A stretch of 64,000 bases of DNA from Anaerococcus sp. (GTDB lineage: Bacteria; Bacillota; Clostridia; Tissierellales; Peptoniphilaceae), in contig JALEUV010000024.1 of assembly GCA_022780515.1 (NCBI GenBank), positions 16,793 through 80,792 on the forward strand. The letters run 5' to 3'. A program made the position numbers and the translations under genes. Positions within the stretch are counted from its first letter, which is position 1, and the number at the start of each line of letters is the position of its first letter. Below are positions 9,619-19,868 of the stretch, piece after piece. The notes under the pieces are model-generated. The model saw nothing but the letters and a program-made list of their open reading frames with translations, was not told the origin of the DNA and did no database searches.

Positions 9619-10164
9619 ATGAATATAGAAGATAGTAAATTAGAAATTTTTGAAAAGTGGAGAAAGGAATCCATCGACTTATTAGATAAGGCAGAAATAA
9701 GTAAGGACGAGTTCCTATCTTTAAACTATGATTTTTTTGTGAAACTTGGTCTTAAGCCTTTTTCTAAGATAACTACCCTTAGCCAGGCTATTTTTAACTA
9801 CCAATACTATAATGTTATGGCCAAGAAAAGTAACCTTGAAGCCAAGGCCTATTTGAATTCCAAGAAAAAAAAGAAATACTACAATAAATTGATTAATGAT
9901 AGGGAAAATTATTATTACCTCAAGGACCTCGCAACTAATAGGTTGTTGGAATTATTGGATTATAAAAATGTTGATTGCTATTACATAAATTTAAAATCTA
10001 AGAGGCTATCAGGCTTAATTTATGAAATCAATGTTTTAGACAGGGATAGGCTTGTCCTTCACAGCAAAAACAAAAAAATTCTAGAGAAACTCAAAGAAAA
10101 AAAGTGCTTCTGTGAAGATGAACGCACTAGTGTTATAGATTCTTATGTTAATAAGTCGTATTAG
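9619..10164 (+). CDS. Conserved hypothetical protein (DUF6648-like)
   Basis: FNYQYYN.MAK, NYYY.KD and LHSKN motifs; ATG at 9619. Confidence 0.6.
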   Translation: MNIEDSKLEIFEKWRKESIDLLDKAEISKDEFLSLNYDFFVKLGLKPFSKITTLSQAIFNYQYYNVMAKKSNLEAKAYLNSKKKKKYYNKLINDRENYYYLKDLATNRLLELLDYKNVDCYYINLKSKRLSGLIYEINVLDRDRLVLHSKNKKILEKLKEKKCFCEDERTSVIDSYVNKSY

Positions 10165-10166
10165 TT

Positions 10167-11123
10167 ATGATAGAAATTGTAATTAGTGAAAATGATGGTA
10201 ATCAAAGGTTTGATAGGTTTTTGAGAAAGTATCTAGAAAACGCACCTCTTTCACTTATCCAAAAAAATATTAGAAAAAAGAATTTTAAAATAAATGACAA
10301 AAGAGCCAAAAACGATGACTTTGTTTACCCAGGCGATAATGTCAAGATGTATATTAGCGATGGGGACTACAAGAAGTGGCTTAGGAAAACTGACTACAAG
10401 TCAACAGACTTTGACCTAGATATAGTTTATGAAGATGAAAATATCATCATTATGGACAAAAAAGAAGGCCTATTGACCCATTCATCATCCAAAAAGGACT
10501 ATGGAAACAACCTGGTAGACCAAATGACTTCCTACCTCTATAAGACTGGTAAGGTCGATAGGTCTGATAGAACCTTTAGACCGGCTGTTGTAAATAGGCT
10601 AGATAGGAACACCCAGGGTCTTGTAATAGGAGCCAAGAATGCCACTGCATTGAGGTCACTAAACAAGGCAATCAAGGAAAACAAAGTTGATAAATATTAT
10701 CTTACAATAGTATCTGGCAAAATTACCAGGGACTTTGAAGTAGAAAGCACAATCGGGAAAAACGAAAATAAAAACAAGGTAAAGGCTCAAAAGTCTGGTA
10801 AAGCCATAAAAACTTATTTTAGGCCCTTTGAAACAAATGGAAAATACACCCTCTTAGAGTGTAGGCTAGATACCGGAAGGACTCATCAAATAAGATTTTC
10901 CTTAATGGAAAATAAGACTCCAATAATTGGTGATAGGAAGTATGGACTAAGGGAAGTCAATGATAAGTTTAAGGACCTAGGTATCAACAACCAAATTCTC
11001 CTAGCCTACAAGCTTGTATTTGGCAAAGTAGAAGGCCTTGAATACCTAGAGGGCAAGGAATTTATATCTAATAAACAGAAAAGTATTTATGAGCTAAAAG
11101 ATACTATTTTTAAAAGGAGTTAA
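10167..11123 (+). CDS. RluA-family pseudouridine synthase
   Basis: N-terminal S4-like domain, NRLDRNTQG catalytic Asp, TGRTHQIR. Confidence 0.95.
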   Translation: MIEIVISENDGNQRFDRFLRKYLENAPLSLIQKNIRKKNFKINDKRAKNDDFVYPGDNVKMYISDGDYKKWLRKTDYKSTDFDLDIVYEDENIIIMDKKEGLLTHSSSKKDYGNNLVDQMTSYLYKTGKVDRSDRTFRPAVVNRLDRNTQGLVIGAKNATALRSLNKAIKENKVDKYYLTIVSGKITRDFEVESTIGKNENKNKVKAQKSGKAIKTYFRPFETNGKYTLLECRLDTGRTHQIRFSLMENKTPIIGDRKYGLREVNDKFKDLGINNQILLAYKLVFGKVEGLEYLEGKEFISNKQKSIYELKDTIFKRS

Positions 11124-11124
11124 C

Positions 11125-12024
11125 ATGAAAAAGGTTATAGGAATTGATATAGGCGGAACCAAGATCAATGCCAGTTTAATAGATGAAGAAGGAAATATCA
11201 TTGATAAGAAAGAGGTCCCTACAGAAGCTGATAAGGGAAGGGATGCTGTACTTAATAATATCAAGGATGTAATTTATGCCCTAGACTATAAGGAAGCTGA
11301 GGCTATCGGCATAGGAACTCCAGGCTTTATAGATAGTGAAAATGGTATAGTAACCTTCGCTGGCAATATTAAGGGATGGACAGGACTTAACTTGAAGGAA
11401 GCTGTGGAAAGCTTTGTAGACCTACCTGTTTTTGTAGAAAATGATGCTAATATTGCCCTAGTAGCTGAAAAATGGATAGGGGCAGCCAAGGACTATGATA
11501 ATATTGTAATGATTACCTTAGGTACAGGACTTGGTGGAGCAGTTTATAGTGATGGTCAAATGCTAAGGGGTTCGAATTTCCAAGGAGCTGAACTTGGTCA
11601 TCTTATCCTCTATCCAGGTGGAAGGCACTGTACCTGTGGCCAAAATGGTTGTGCAGAAGCCTATTGTGCAGGATCTGCCCTAGGAAGAGAATATGAAGAA
11701 ATCACAGGTAAGAAATTATCTGGTAAGGAAGTCTTTGCCCTAGTCGATACAGATGATACAGCCAAAGAAGTCCTGGCCCACTATGAATCTAACCTAGGCC
11801 ATTATTTAACAAGTCTTAGAAATATCTTCGATCCACAAGTCATAGTAGTAGGTGGAGGGGTTATAGCCTCTAAGGATATCTTCTGGGATGGCATGATTGA
11901 AAAATTCAAGGAATATTGCAACAAGCCAGAAACTGTTGATATAATACCAGCTAAGTTCTTAAATAATGCCGGGGTAATTGGTGCAGCTAAGGTTGCCTTT
12001 GAAAGGATAAATAATGGAAAATAA
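11125..12024 (+). CDS. ROK-family sugar kinase (glucokinase-like)
   Basis: GIDIGGT, ENDAN, GAELGH, CTCGQNGCAE. Confidence 0.93.
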   Translation: MKKVIGIDIGGTKINASLIDEEGNIIDKKEVPTEADKGRDAVLNNIKDVIYALDYKEAEAIGIGTPGFIDSENGIVTFAGNIKGWTGLNLKEAVESFVDLPVFVENDANIALVAEKWIGAAKDYDNIVMITLGTGLGGAVYSDGQMLRGSNFQGAELGHLILYPGGRHCTCGQNGCAEAYCAGSALGREYEEITGKKLSGKEVFALVDTDDTAKEVLAHYESNLGHYLTSLRNIFDPQVIVVGGGVIASKDIFWDGMIEKFKEYCNKPETVDIIPAKFLNNAGVIGAAKVAFERINNGK

Positions 12025-12712
12025 TAAAATTTTAATCGTTGACGATGAAGACCCAATTAGACAGTTTATAAAGATAAACCTTGACTACCAAGGCTACACT
12101 ACCTTGGAAGCTGCTAGTGGGGAAGAGGCAATTAAAATTTTTGAAGAAGAAAGACCAGCGGTAGCTATTTTGGATATCATGCTACCAGGCATTTCTGGCT
12201 ATGAAGTTTGTGAGAGAATAAGGACCATGTCCCCTATGACAGGGATTATTATGGTATCAGCCAAGAGCCAAGATATAGACAAGATCCTAGGCCTAGAAAA
12301 GGGAGCTGATGACTATATTATTAAGCCCTTTAATCCTCAAGAACTCTTGCTTAGAGTAAGGTCCCTTATGAGGAGGGTTAACTTAACCCAAGTCCATTAT
12401 GAAAAAGAAAATAAGGACTCTATAAGCGATGGGCCATTTGTGCTTGATATCTACTCCAAAACCTTTTACAAAAATAACGAGGAGATTGATGTAACTCCAA
12501 CAGAGTTTACCATCCTCCAAAATTTTGTAAAGAATAAGGGTAAGGCTATGTCAAGAGAAGAGATAATGAAAGCTACCTGGGGAGAAGATGTAACCAATGA
12601 TACCAAGATAGTAGATGTAAACATCAGAAGGATTAGAGCGAAGATAGAGGATAATCCTGCCAAGCCTGAATATATAGAGACAGTTTGGGGAACAGGTTAT
12701 AGATGGAAATAA
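12014..12712 (+). CDS. OmpR-family response regulator
   Basis: IVDDE, LDIMLP, GADDYIIKPF, IETVWGTGYR. Confidence 0.97.
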   Translation: MENNKILIVDDEDPIRQFIKINLDYQGYTTLEAASGEEAIKIFEEERPAVAILDIMLPGISGYEVCERIRTMSPMTGIIMVSAKSQDIDKILGLEKGADDYIIKPFNPQELLLRVRSLMRRVNLTQVHYEKENKDSISDGPFVLDIYSKTFYKNNEEIDVTPTEFTILQNFVKNKGKAMSREEIMKATWGEDVTNDTKIVDVNIRRIRAKIEDNPAKPEYIETVWGTGYRWK

Positions 12713-14178
12713 ATACAAGTGAAAATTTCCTAGATAAAGAGGACACATCCTATAGCAATGATGGCCCTAATTCATCCATCAAATTTACCTTGATTATGAT
12801 AATTATGGGTTTTGTGGTTACTATTGTTATAGGATTTGAAATATTTGCCTACACATCAATTAAATATTATTATGAATCTGCCCTGACTGATTCTATGAAA
12901 AACCAAGCCAATATAAACCAGTTTCAATTTTCTAATTATATGAATAGGTATGACCTATCGGAGATAATTATTGGTGATAAGAACTCATTTTATAGGCAAA
13001 ATGAAACTCAGGTTCAAATCTTGGATAATTCAGGCAAGGTTCTTTTTGACAGTCTGGCATCAGATTATGTCGGTAGAAAACTTGAATCGACTGATGTGAT
13101 AGCTGCTATAGAAGGCAAGCAGGCCTTTTCTAGAACAGAGAGGCAAGATACTGGCGAGAGGGTAGTTTCTCTATCATATCCCCTCTTATCATCTGACCAG
13201 CATATAGGAATTATAAGGCTTACATCCTCTAGAGAGAAGGTCTTTGAGAGGGTTAGGGCTGATATGTTTTGGTATATCCTCTTTGGTCTTATAGTTAGTG
13301 GATCAGCCCTTGCACTGGCTTTCTTTGCGGCTTCGAGATTTATTAGACCAATTAATGACCTTATAAAGGTTAGTGAGAAGTTTGCCCAAGGCAATTATAT
13401 GGTAAAGGCAAAGATCGAGGGCAATAACGAAATATCTGAGCTAGCTTATACCCTCAATTCCCTTAGCGAAAATATAATCAAAAGGGAAGATATGAAAAAT
13501 GAATTTATCTCCTCAGTATCTCACGAGCTAAGAACTCCTCTTACCTCTATCAAGGGCTGGGCTATAACCCTCCAAGCACCAGAGATGCAAAAAAATGAGG
13601 ATATGATGAACCAAGGTCTTAAAATAATAGAAGATGAGGGAGATAGACTCTCCATGATGGTTGAAGATCTACTAGACTTTTCAAGGCTATCTTCTTCAAA
13701 CTTCAAATATGACAAGGAAGTCTTAAATATAGTTGATCTAGTCAAGCAAGTCTATACCCAACTAAAACCAAGGACAGAAAGTTCTAATATTGACTTTGTC
13801 TTCACTTCAGTCTACAAGGAAATTCCTGTTTTTGCTGATAAGAGGAGGGTCAAGGAAGTATTTATCAATATAATTGACAATGCCATCAAGTTTAGCCATG
13901 AAGAGGGACGTATTGAAATCTTGGTAGACCAAGATGATGACGATGTCTCTATATCTGTTATAGATAATGGAGAGGGAATCAAGGAAGATGAGATAGCCTT
14001 TGTAGTTTCCAAATTCTATAAGGGATCATCATCTAAGTCCCACACTGGTCTTGGTCTTTCTATTAGTGAAGAAATAGTAAAGGCCCATGGGGGTAGACTT
14101 GTTATAAAGAGTAAGTACACTGTTGGTACAACAGTAACTGTAGTAATTCCGAGGTACGAAGATGAAAAAGATAAGTAA
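12703..14178 (+). CDS. HAMP-domain sensor histidine kinase
   Basis: Two TM segments, SHELRTPLT H-box, NAIKF, DNGEG, GLGLS. Confidence 0.96.
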   Translation: MEINTSENFLDKEDTSYSNDGPNSSIKFTLIMIIMGFVVTIVIGFEIFAYTSIKYYYESALTDSMKNQANINQFQFSNYMNRYDLSEIIIGDKNSFYRQNETQVQILDNSGKVLFDSLASDYVGRKLESTDVIAAIEGKQAFSRTERQDTGERVVSLSYPLLSSDQHIGIIRLTSSREKVFERVRADMFWYILFGLIVSGSALALAFFAASRFIRPINDLIKVSEKFAQGNYMVKAKIEGNNEISELAYTLNSLSENIIKREDMKNEFISSVSHELRTPLTSIKGWAITLQAPEMQKNEDMMNQGLKIIEDEGDRLSMMVEDLLDFSRLSSSNFKYDKEVLNIVDLVKQVYTQLKPRTESSNIDFVFTSVYKEIPVFADKRRVKEVFINIIDNAIKFSHEEGRIEILVDQDDDDVSISVIDNGEGIKEDEIAFVVSKFYKGSSSKSHTGLGLSISEEIVKAHGGRLVIKSKYTVGTTVTVVIPRYEDEKDK

Positions 14179-15649
14179 ATATATCTTGCTAGGACTAGTC
14201 TTTATAATTCTTTCATCCTGCTCATCTAAGGCACCAGAAGAATTAAATAGTCTCATCCAAAGACCCAAACAAGGAGAGATAAGTATCAAGGGTACCTGGC
14301 AGGTGGTAGACATCAGAAATACTGATCCTAACAAAAAAGAAAATAGCATAGCCTTGGGAGATGAAATTTATATAGATAAAAATTTAGTTGCCATAGGAGA
14401 TACCTATGCCTTCCCACCAAACTTTACATCAAAGTATGCCAACTTATCTAAGTACCTTCAAAATCGAGGTTTCAAGGTTGACGATGTCGATGAAAAAGAA
14501 GAAGTAGTTATAGTTAATGCCTCCCAGGGCCAGCTTTTCTCCAAAGACTTCATAAAGATAACCAATAACCAGCTCCTCTTTATCGTAAATAATGCAGCTG
14601 TAATTATTACCAAGGTATCTGAGCGAGTTGAGTCAAAGATAATAAATTCTTACTCCAAAAGAGCAGCTGATGAGAGGTCAACTAATTCTCAAGGTGAAGA
14701 GGTAGCAGAAGATGTGGCTCTATTGCTAGGGGTTAGGGAGAGGATGGAAAATAGTATAGGGGATAACCTATATAACTACTACACCTACCTAATAGAAATA
14801 AACTATGATGAAGACATTTCCTATGAGAAAGCCTACAATATCTTTATCAAGGACAAGGAAGAATATTGGTCTATAAATGTAGATTCCAACAACATAACCG
14901 ATAACTATGACCAAATTTTATCCTATCCAGCTAGGGTCAAGGAAGACCTAACAGAAGATAAGATAAAGGAAGCCTACTCCTTTAAGGATATAAATCTAAA
15001 TATGAGGATAAATTACGTATCACCTAATTACATCTCCATCGACTACACTTCCATAGCCAATTCTAGCCCTATAACCAAGTATGCTATGGTCGATACCAAA
15101 AATATCAAAGATAGTCATTTCCTATCCTTAGAAGAATACACAGGTGAAGAAGATTCAGATTTGATATTTAGATCAAAGGTTATAGAAGAGGCGGGGCTAA
15201 GCTTTGATAATGTAAAAGATGAGGACATTAAGTTTGACAATACCAACTTTGGTATAGTTAGGGATATGGGTAATTGGATCTTCCAATCTTCAGTCTATAA
15301 GGGGAATGGAGATGACTTCTCACAAAAGTTCTTCCCTATGGAGATAGCTATTGGGAGCCAAATGATAAACAAGGCTTCAAACAAGGCCTCAATATCAAAA
15401 GACCAAGTTAAAAATCTAAATAGTCAGGCCAAGGATTACTATATACTACAAAATAACAAGTATATCCTAATCCAAACAGCAGATGAAATATTAATTCATG
15501 AGATAAATGACGGACTCATAAACCCTAAGCCGATATTTTCAATTCCAACTGTTAATTCTACTACAATAATTTCGATAGATGAGCAGTCGGGTGAGGATAG
15601 TGAATCTATAAAATCTGCCTTTAGTGACTATAATGAAATAATAGACTAG
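14162..15649 (+). CDS. Lipoprotein of unknown function, probable two-component accessory protein
   Basis: MKK-hydrophobic-ILSSC lipobox; overlaps the kinase stop. Confidence 0.75.
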   Translation: MKKISKYILLGLVFIILSSCSSKAPEELNSLIQRPKQGEISIKGTWQVVDIRNTDPNKKENSIALGDEIYIDKNLVAIGDTYAFPPNFTSKYANLSKYLQNRGFKVDDVDEKEEVVIVNASQGQLFSKDFIKITNNQLLFIVNNAAVIITKVSERVESKIINSYSKRAADERSTNSQGEEVAEDVALLLGVRERMENSIGDNLYNYYTYLIEINYDEDISYEKAYNIFIKDKEEYWSINVDSNNITDNYDQILSYPARVKEDLTEDKIKEAYSFKDINLNMRINYVSPNYISIDYTSIANSSPITKYAMVDTKNIKDSHFLSLEEYTGEEDSDLIFRSKVIEEAGLSFDNVKDEDIKFDNTNFGIVRDMGNWIFQSSVYKGNGDDFSQKFFPMEIAIGSQMINKASNKASISKDQVKNLNSQAKDYYILQNNKYILIQTADEILIHEINDGLINPKPIFSIPTVNSTTIISIDEQSGEDSESIKSAFSDYNEIID

Positions 15650-15708
15650 GAAATATTTGATTTGACTAATATAGAAAAAATCTGTTATTATTTTTAGTAG
15701 GAGTATGT

Positions 15709-16281
15709 ATGGATTTATTATTTGCAAGCGGAAATAAAAATAAGGCTAGGGAAGTTAGAAATCTTCTTAATGGTCATGATGTTAAGACACCAAGCGACTT
15801 TGGAATAGATAACTTTGAAGTCGAAGAAGATGGAGAAACCCTAAGGGAAAATGCCTACAAAAAGGCAAAGGCCCTATATGATTTGACAAAGACTGATGTT
15901 TTTGCTGATGATACAGGACTATTTGTAGAGGCCCTTGGGGGAAGACCTGGAGTCCATGCCCACAGGTATGCAGGCCTAAATCCAACCGATTCAGATAACC
16001 GCAAAAAACTTTTATCTGAACTTAAGGGTGTGGATAATAGGAGGGCCGCCTTTAAAACTACCATAGCTTATATCAATAAAAATGGAGAGACTTTTTATTT
16101 TGAAGGAGTCTTAGATGGATCTATTGGACTTAGAGAAGTTGGGGAAAACAATTTTGGCTACGATAGCATCTTCGTCCCTGAAGGATCTCAAAAGAGCCTA
16201 GCAGAAATATCAAGTGACGAAAAGAACAAAATATCACATAGGTCAAGGGCAGTAGAAGAATTTAGGAAATTCTTGGGCTAG
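15709..16281 (+). CDS. rdgB: Non-canonical purine NTP pyrophosphatase (RdgB/HAM1)
   Basis: SGNKNK, ADDTGL, FGYDSIF, KISHR. Confidence 0.95.
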   Translation: MDLLFASGNKNKAREVRNLLNGHDVKTPSDFGIDNFEVEEDGETLRENAYKKAKALYDLTKTDVFADDTGLFVEALGGRPGVHAHRYAGLNPTDSDNRKKLLSELKGVDNRRAAFKTTIAYINKNGETFYFEGVLDGSIGLREVGENNFGYDSIFVPEGSQKSLAEISSDEKNKISHRSRAVEEFRKFLG

Positions 16282-16283
16282 CT

Positions 16284-16754
16284 ATGAAGATTCTTGTAAC
16301 AAGCGATACCCATGGTATCTATGAAGCTATTAGTGATTATATAATCCTCCACGATGATATAGACCTATTAATCCATGCAGGTGATGGGGTAAGTGATGTC
16401 AAGAGCATAGCCTACGAAACGGGGATTAATTATTATGTGGTCAAGGGCAACAACGATTATTTTGACCAAGTTTCCTATGATCAGGTAATTAATCTAGGGG
16501 CCAAGAAGATATTTTTAACCCATGGCCACCGCTATGATGTTTATTTTACCTATGACAAGATAATCGATAGGGCAAAGAGCCTCAATTGTGATGTGGCTAT
16601 TTTTGGACACACCCACCAATACGTTAACGAAAAGAGAAATGGAATTTTGCTCCTAAACCCATCTTCACCAACCTTACCTAGGGATGGGAATAGGGGCTTT
16701 ATAATCCTTGATATTGATAAAGATATAAAAGTAAATAGAATACTTATAAATTAA
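16284..16754 (+). CDS. YfcE/YsnB-family metallophosphoesterase
   Basis: SDTHG, HAGD, GNND, THGH, GHTH. Confidence 0.93.
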   Translation: MKILVTSDTHGIYEAISDYIILHDDIDLLIHAGDGVSDVKSIAYETGINYYVVKGNNDYFDQVSYDQVINLGAKKIFLTHGHRYDVYFTYDKIIDRAKSLNCDVAIFGHTHQYVNEKRNGILLLNPSSPTLPRDGNRGFIILDIDKDIKVNRILIN

Positions 16755-16764
16755 TGGAGGCCTT

Positions 16765-17196
16765 ATGTCAGGTTTAATAGCTTTATTATCAGACTATTCA
16801 TCTAGGCTTATGATTTTGCCTATAATTACTGCAATAGTAATCGCTATTACGGTATTATTACATTTTTTGACCCAAGGAAAGTTTATAAAATATATACCAT
16901 CTTTGGTGATAGGATTTATTGCCCTAGGTATAGGGATCTATGCCATGTTTAATTTTACTGGCTCATCTGGCTTAAGCTTTGCATGGATAGGTGTATTTTT
17001 AGGAACAAGCGCCCTTGTAGGATTGGCAACGGGATTTTTGGTAGATCTCTTTGTTTCAATAAAAAATGACTACAGGGAAATTGAAGATAATAATGAGAAT
17101 GGCTCCAAGTCTAGTAAAAGTAAAAAGGCAGAGCCATCTAAGAATAAAGAAATAAATAAGAAACAAAGACTTGCAAGTAAGAAATATAGGAAATAA
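16765..17196 (+). CDS. Small membrane protein (three TM helices, charged tail)
   Basis: Three hydrophobic stretches; GGAGG RBS. Confidence 0.7.
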   Translation: MSGLIALLSDYSSRLMILPIITAIVIAITVLLHFLTQGKFIKYIPSLVIGFIALGIGIYAMFNFTGSSGLSFAWIGVFLGTSALVGLATGFLVDLFVSIKNDYREIEDNNENGSKSSKSKKAEPSKNKEINKKQRLASKKYRK

Positions 17197-17198
17197 TT

Positions 17199-17939
17199 AT
17201 GACAAAGAGAGCAGCTTTTTTTGATATTGATGGTACACTTTTTAGAAATTCCCTCCTTATAGAGCATTTTTTAAAGCTAACCCAAGCTGGGATTTTAGAT
17301 AATTCCATTTGGACCAATGAAATAGGACCCTTGTATGAAAAATACGAAAATAGGTCAGGCGCTTATGAAGATTACCTAGACAAGGCAGCCCTTGTTTACC
17401 AACATACCATGAAGGGTCTAGATAAGGAAATTATTTATAAGTATGGCGATATAGTCATCGAAGAAAATAAAAATAAGGTCTATATGGCAACAAGGAAGGC
17501 TGTGGAAAGACATAGGGAAAATGGAGATATGATCTTCTTTATATCAGGATCTCCGCACTTCTTGGTAGATAAGTTTGCCAAGTTTTATGGCGCAACAGAA
17601 TCTATCTCAACAAATTATGTTTTTGATGAAAAAAATAAATTTACTGGTAAAGTAAATCCTATGTGGGATGGCAGGTCAAAGCTCTCTGCTATTATGGATC
17701 TAAATGAAAGATATGATTTAGACCTAGATAAGTCCTTTTCTTATGGAGACACAAATGGTGATATTACAATGTTTCAATCAGTAGGTCATCCATTTGCCAT
17801 AAATCCAAGTTTTGAACTTATTGAGAAACTTTATTCGGATGAAGACCTTAAGGAGAAGGCCACCATCATAATCGAGAGAAAAGATGTTAACTATACTTTT
17901 AAATTAAAAGATTTAAGGGTAGATTTTAAAAAGTTTTAA
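17199..17939 (+). CDS. HAD-IB family hydrolase
   Basis: FFDIDGTL, ISGS, SYGDTNGD. Confidence 0.92.
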   Translation: MTKRAAFFDIDGTLFRNSLLIEHFLKLTQAGILDNSIWTNEIGPLYEKYENRSGAYEDYLDKAALVYQHTMKGLDKEIIYKYGDIVIEENKNKVYMATRKAVERHRENGDMIFFISGSPHFLVDKFAKFYGATESISTNYVFDEKNKFTGKVNPMWDGRSKLSAIMDLNERYDLDLDKSFSYGDTNGDITMFQSVGHPFAINPSFELIEKLYSDEDLKEKATIIIERKDVNYTFKLKDLRVDFKKF

Positions 17940-18034
17940 GCTTTTAATTTTGCTAAATTATAAGAATTAAGATAAGCTTATTTCTATGATTTAGTTTATG
18001 ATAATAAATTACTTGTTAGTACAAAGGAAGAGTA

Positions 18035-18748
18035 ATGAAGGCAAAGGTAAGTGAAGAATACCCAATAATAGAAAAATTAGAATATAAATTTTTGGTCGAT
18101 GGAGATATCTACGCTTTAAATACGTTAATGTCTTTGTTACAAGATAAGAAGTTTCTCTACTATTCCAAATCTTCTTTTTACATAAAAGATTACGTATTCA
18201 AAAACCTTAGGAAGTATTTTTGGAACCTTAGGGATATTGACCAAGTTATAGATTCCTTGGATAATTTGATAGGTCCCTACATCAATAGGTATGAGTATAT
18301 AATATCTATCAAAGCTCAGTACAAGGCCTTTAGGGATAAGAAGGCCATAGATAAGTTGGAGTATATTCTGGTCAAGGAGTTTGGTATTGGTTTTTTAGTC
18401 GAGTCGATGAACCTATCCTACAACAGGAACGATCCAAGAATAGAAGCCATATCTCATGAAATCAAGAAAAATGTTTATGATGATAAGGACTTTGTAAGCA
18501 AGCTTACCAGGGATGTAAAGGCCTTTAGCGACCTTTGCATAAAGGATAAGATTTATAACATAGATACGAGTACTGATAAGCAACTAAGCTTTGACCAATA
18601 TTCTTATTACACTGAAGATATTACAAGTGATCAATCAAAGAAAATGTATGACAAGACACTTACCTATCTCTACAAGGCTGTAGTTGATACCTCCGCCGAG
18701 TATTACTTTAGAGGACTTATTAGAGATGTTTTTAGGAGGTATCAATAG
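18035..18748 (+). CDS. Hypothetical protein
   Basis: 237-aa ORF with AAGGA RBS and downstream terminator; no motif recognised. Confidence 0.7.
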   Translation: MKAKVSEEYPIIEKLEYKFLVDGDIYALNTLMSLLQDKKFLYYSKSSFYIKDYVFKNLRKYFWNLRDIDQVIDSLDNLIGPYINRYEYIISIKAQYKAFRDKKAIDKLEYILVKEFGIGFLVESMNLSYNRNDPRIEAISHEIKKNVYDDKDFVSKLTRDVKAFSDLCIKDKIYNIDTSTDKQLSFDQYSYYTEDITSDQSKKMYDKTLTYLYKAVVDTSAEYYFRGLIRDVFRRYQ

Positions 18749-18770
18749 GGCTTAAGGCCCTTTTTATTTT
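18747..18770 (+). terminator. Intrinsic terminator before ruvC
   Basis: AGGGCT-TAA-GGCCCT followed by TTTTATTTT. Confidence 0.6.
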
Positions 18771-18776
18771 GGGAAT

Positions 18777-19271
18777 ATGATAATATTAGGAATAGATCCC
18801 GGTATAGCCATTATGGGCTACGGGATAATTGAATTTAAGGAAAATAAGATTAAAGTAATAGAAAATGGGGTTGTTACTACTTCATCCAAGGAAAAAACCG
18901 GCAAAAGGCTGGAACTCTTGTATGATAATCTAAATGATATCATCAAGGAATTTAAGCCAGACGAGTTTTCTATTGAGGAGTTATTCTTTAACTCCAATGT
19001 AAAAACAGCTATAACTGTCGGACATGCTAGGGGAGTCCAAGTCCTTTGTGCCCAAAAACAAGGACTTCCGATCTACGAATATACCCCCCTCCAAATAAAG
19101 CAAGCCATAACAGGTTATGGTAGGGCGCCCAAAAGTCAGATGATGCTAACAGTAACTAAGCTACTAAACCTAAAAGAGATTCCAAAGCCTGACGATGCTG
19201 CAGATGCCTTAGCAGTAGCCCTAACCCATGCCCTAAGCCAGAGATTTAAGGAAAGATACAGGTTAAATTAA
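18777..19271 (+). CDS. ruvC: Holliday junction resolvase RuvC
   Basis: ILGIDPG, IEELFF, PDDAADALA. Confidence 0.97.
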   Translation: MIILGIDPGIAIMGYGIIEFKENKIKVIENGVVTTSSKEKTGKRLELLYDNLNDIIKEFKPDEFSIEELFFNSNVKTAITVGHARGVQVLCAQKQGLPIYEYTPLQIKQAITGYGRAPKSQMMLTVTKLLNLKEIPKPDDAADALAVALTHALSQRFKERYRLN

Positions 19272-19861
19272 TGATTTCATATATTATAGGAACAGTAAGA
19301 GATATAAGAGAAGATTCCTTAGTCATAGAAAATAATAATATAGGTTACCTAGTCCATGCCTCCCTATCTACCCTAAGTAACCTTGAAATTAATAATGAAT
19401 ACAAGATCTACACCCATATGAATGTGAGGGAGGATGACCTTTCTTTATTTGGTTTCATATCAAAAGAAGAGCTTGAGATGTTTATTATGCTAATAGGGGT
19501 CTCATCAATAGGACCCAAGGTGGCCCTAGGTATTTTGTCATCCCTAAGTGTAAATGAAATAAAGACTGCTATAGTCAATAATGATATAGATAAGCTAACC
19601 AAGGCTAAGGGAGTAGGAAAGAAGAGTGCCTCAAGGATTATCCTAGAGCTAGTAGATGCGGTAAAGAAGATGACCTTTACTTTAAGCGATCCGACTCCAG
19701 TAGAAGATACAAGTAATGATGATGACTTAAGCGTAGCCAGGGAAGCCCTTGTTAACCTGGGCTATCAAAAAAATGATATAGATAGGGTCCTAGGTGAGCT
19801 AAGGGGTCTTGACCTAAGCCTAGAAGAGCTAGTCAAGGAAAGTTTAAAAAGATTGATTTAG
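19271..19861 (+). CDS. ruvA: Holliday junction branch migration protein RuvA
   Basis: VREDDLSLFGF, VSSIGPKVA, GVGKKSASRI. Confidence 0.97.
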   Translation: MISYIIGTVRDIREDSLVIENNNIGYLVHASLSTLSNLEINNEYKIYTHMNVREDDLSLFGFISKEELEMFIMLIGVSSIGPKVALGILSSLSVNEIKTAIVNNDIDKLTKAKGVGKKSASRIILELVDAVKKMTFTLSDPTPVEDTSNDDDLSVAREALVNLGYQKNDIDRVLGELRGLDLSLEELVKESLKRLI

Positions 19862-19868
19862 GTGATTT

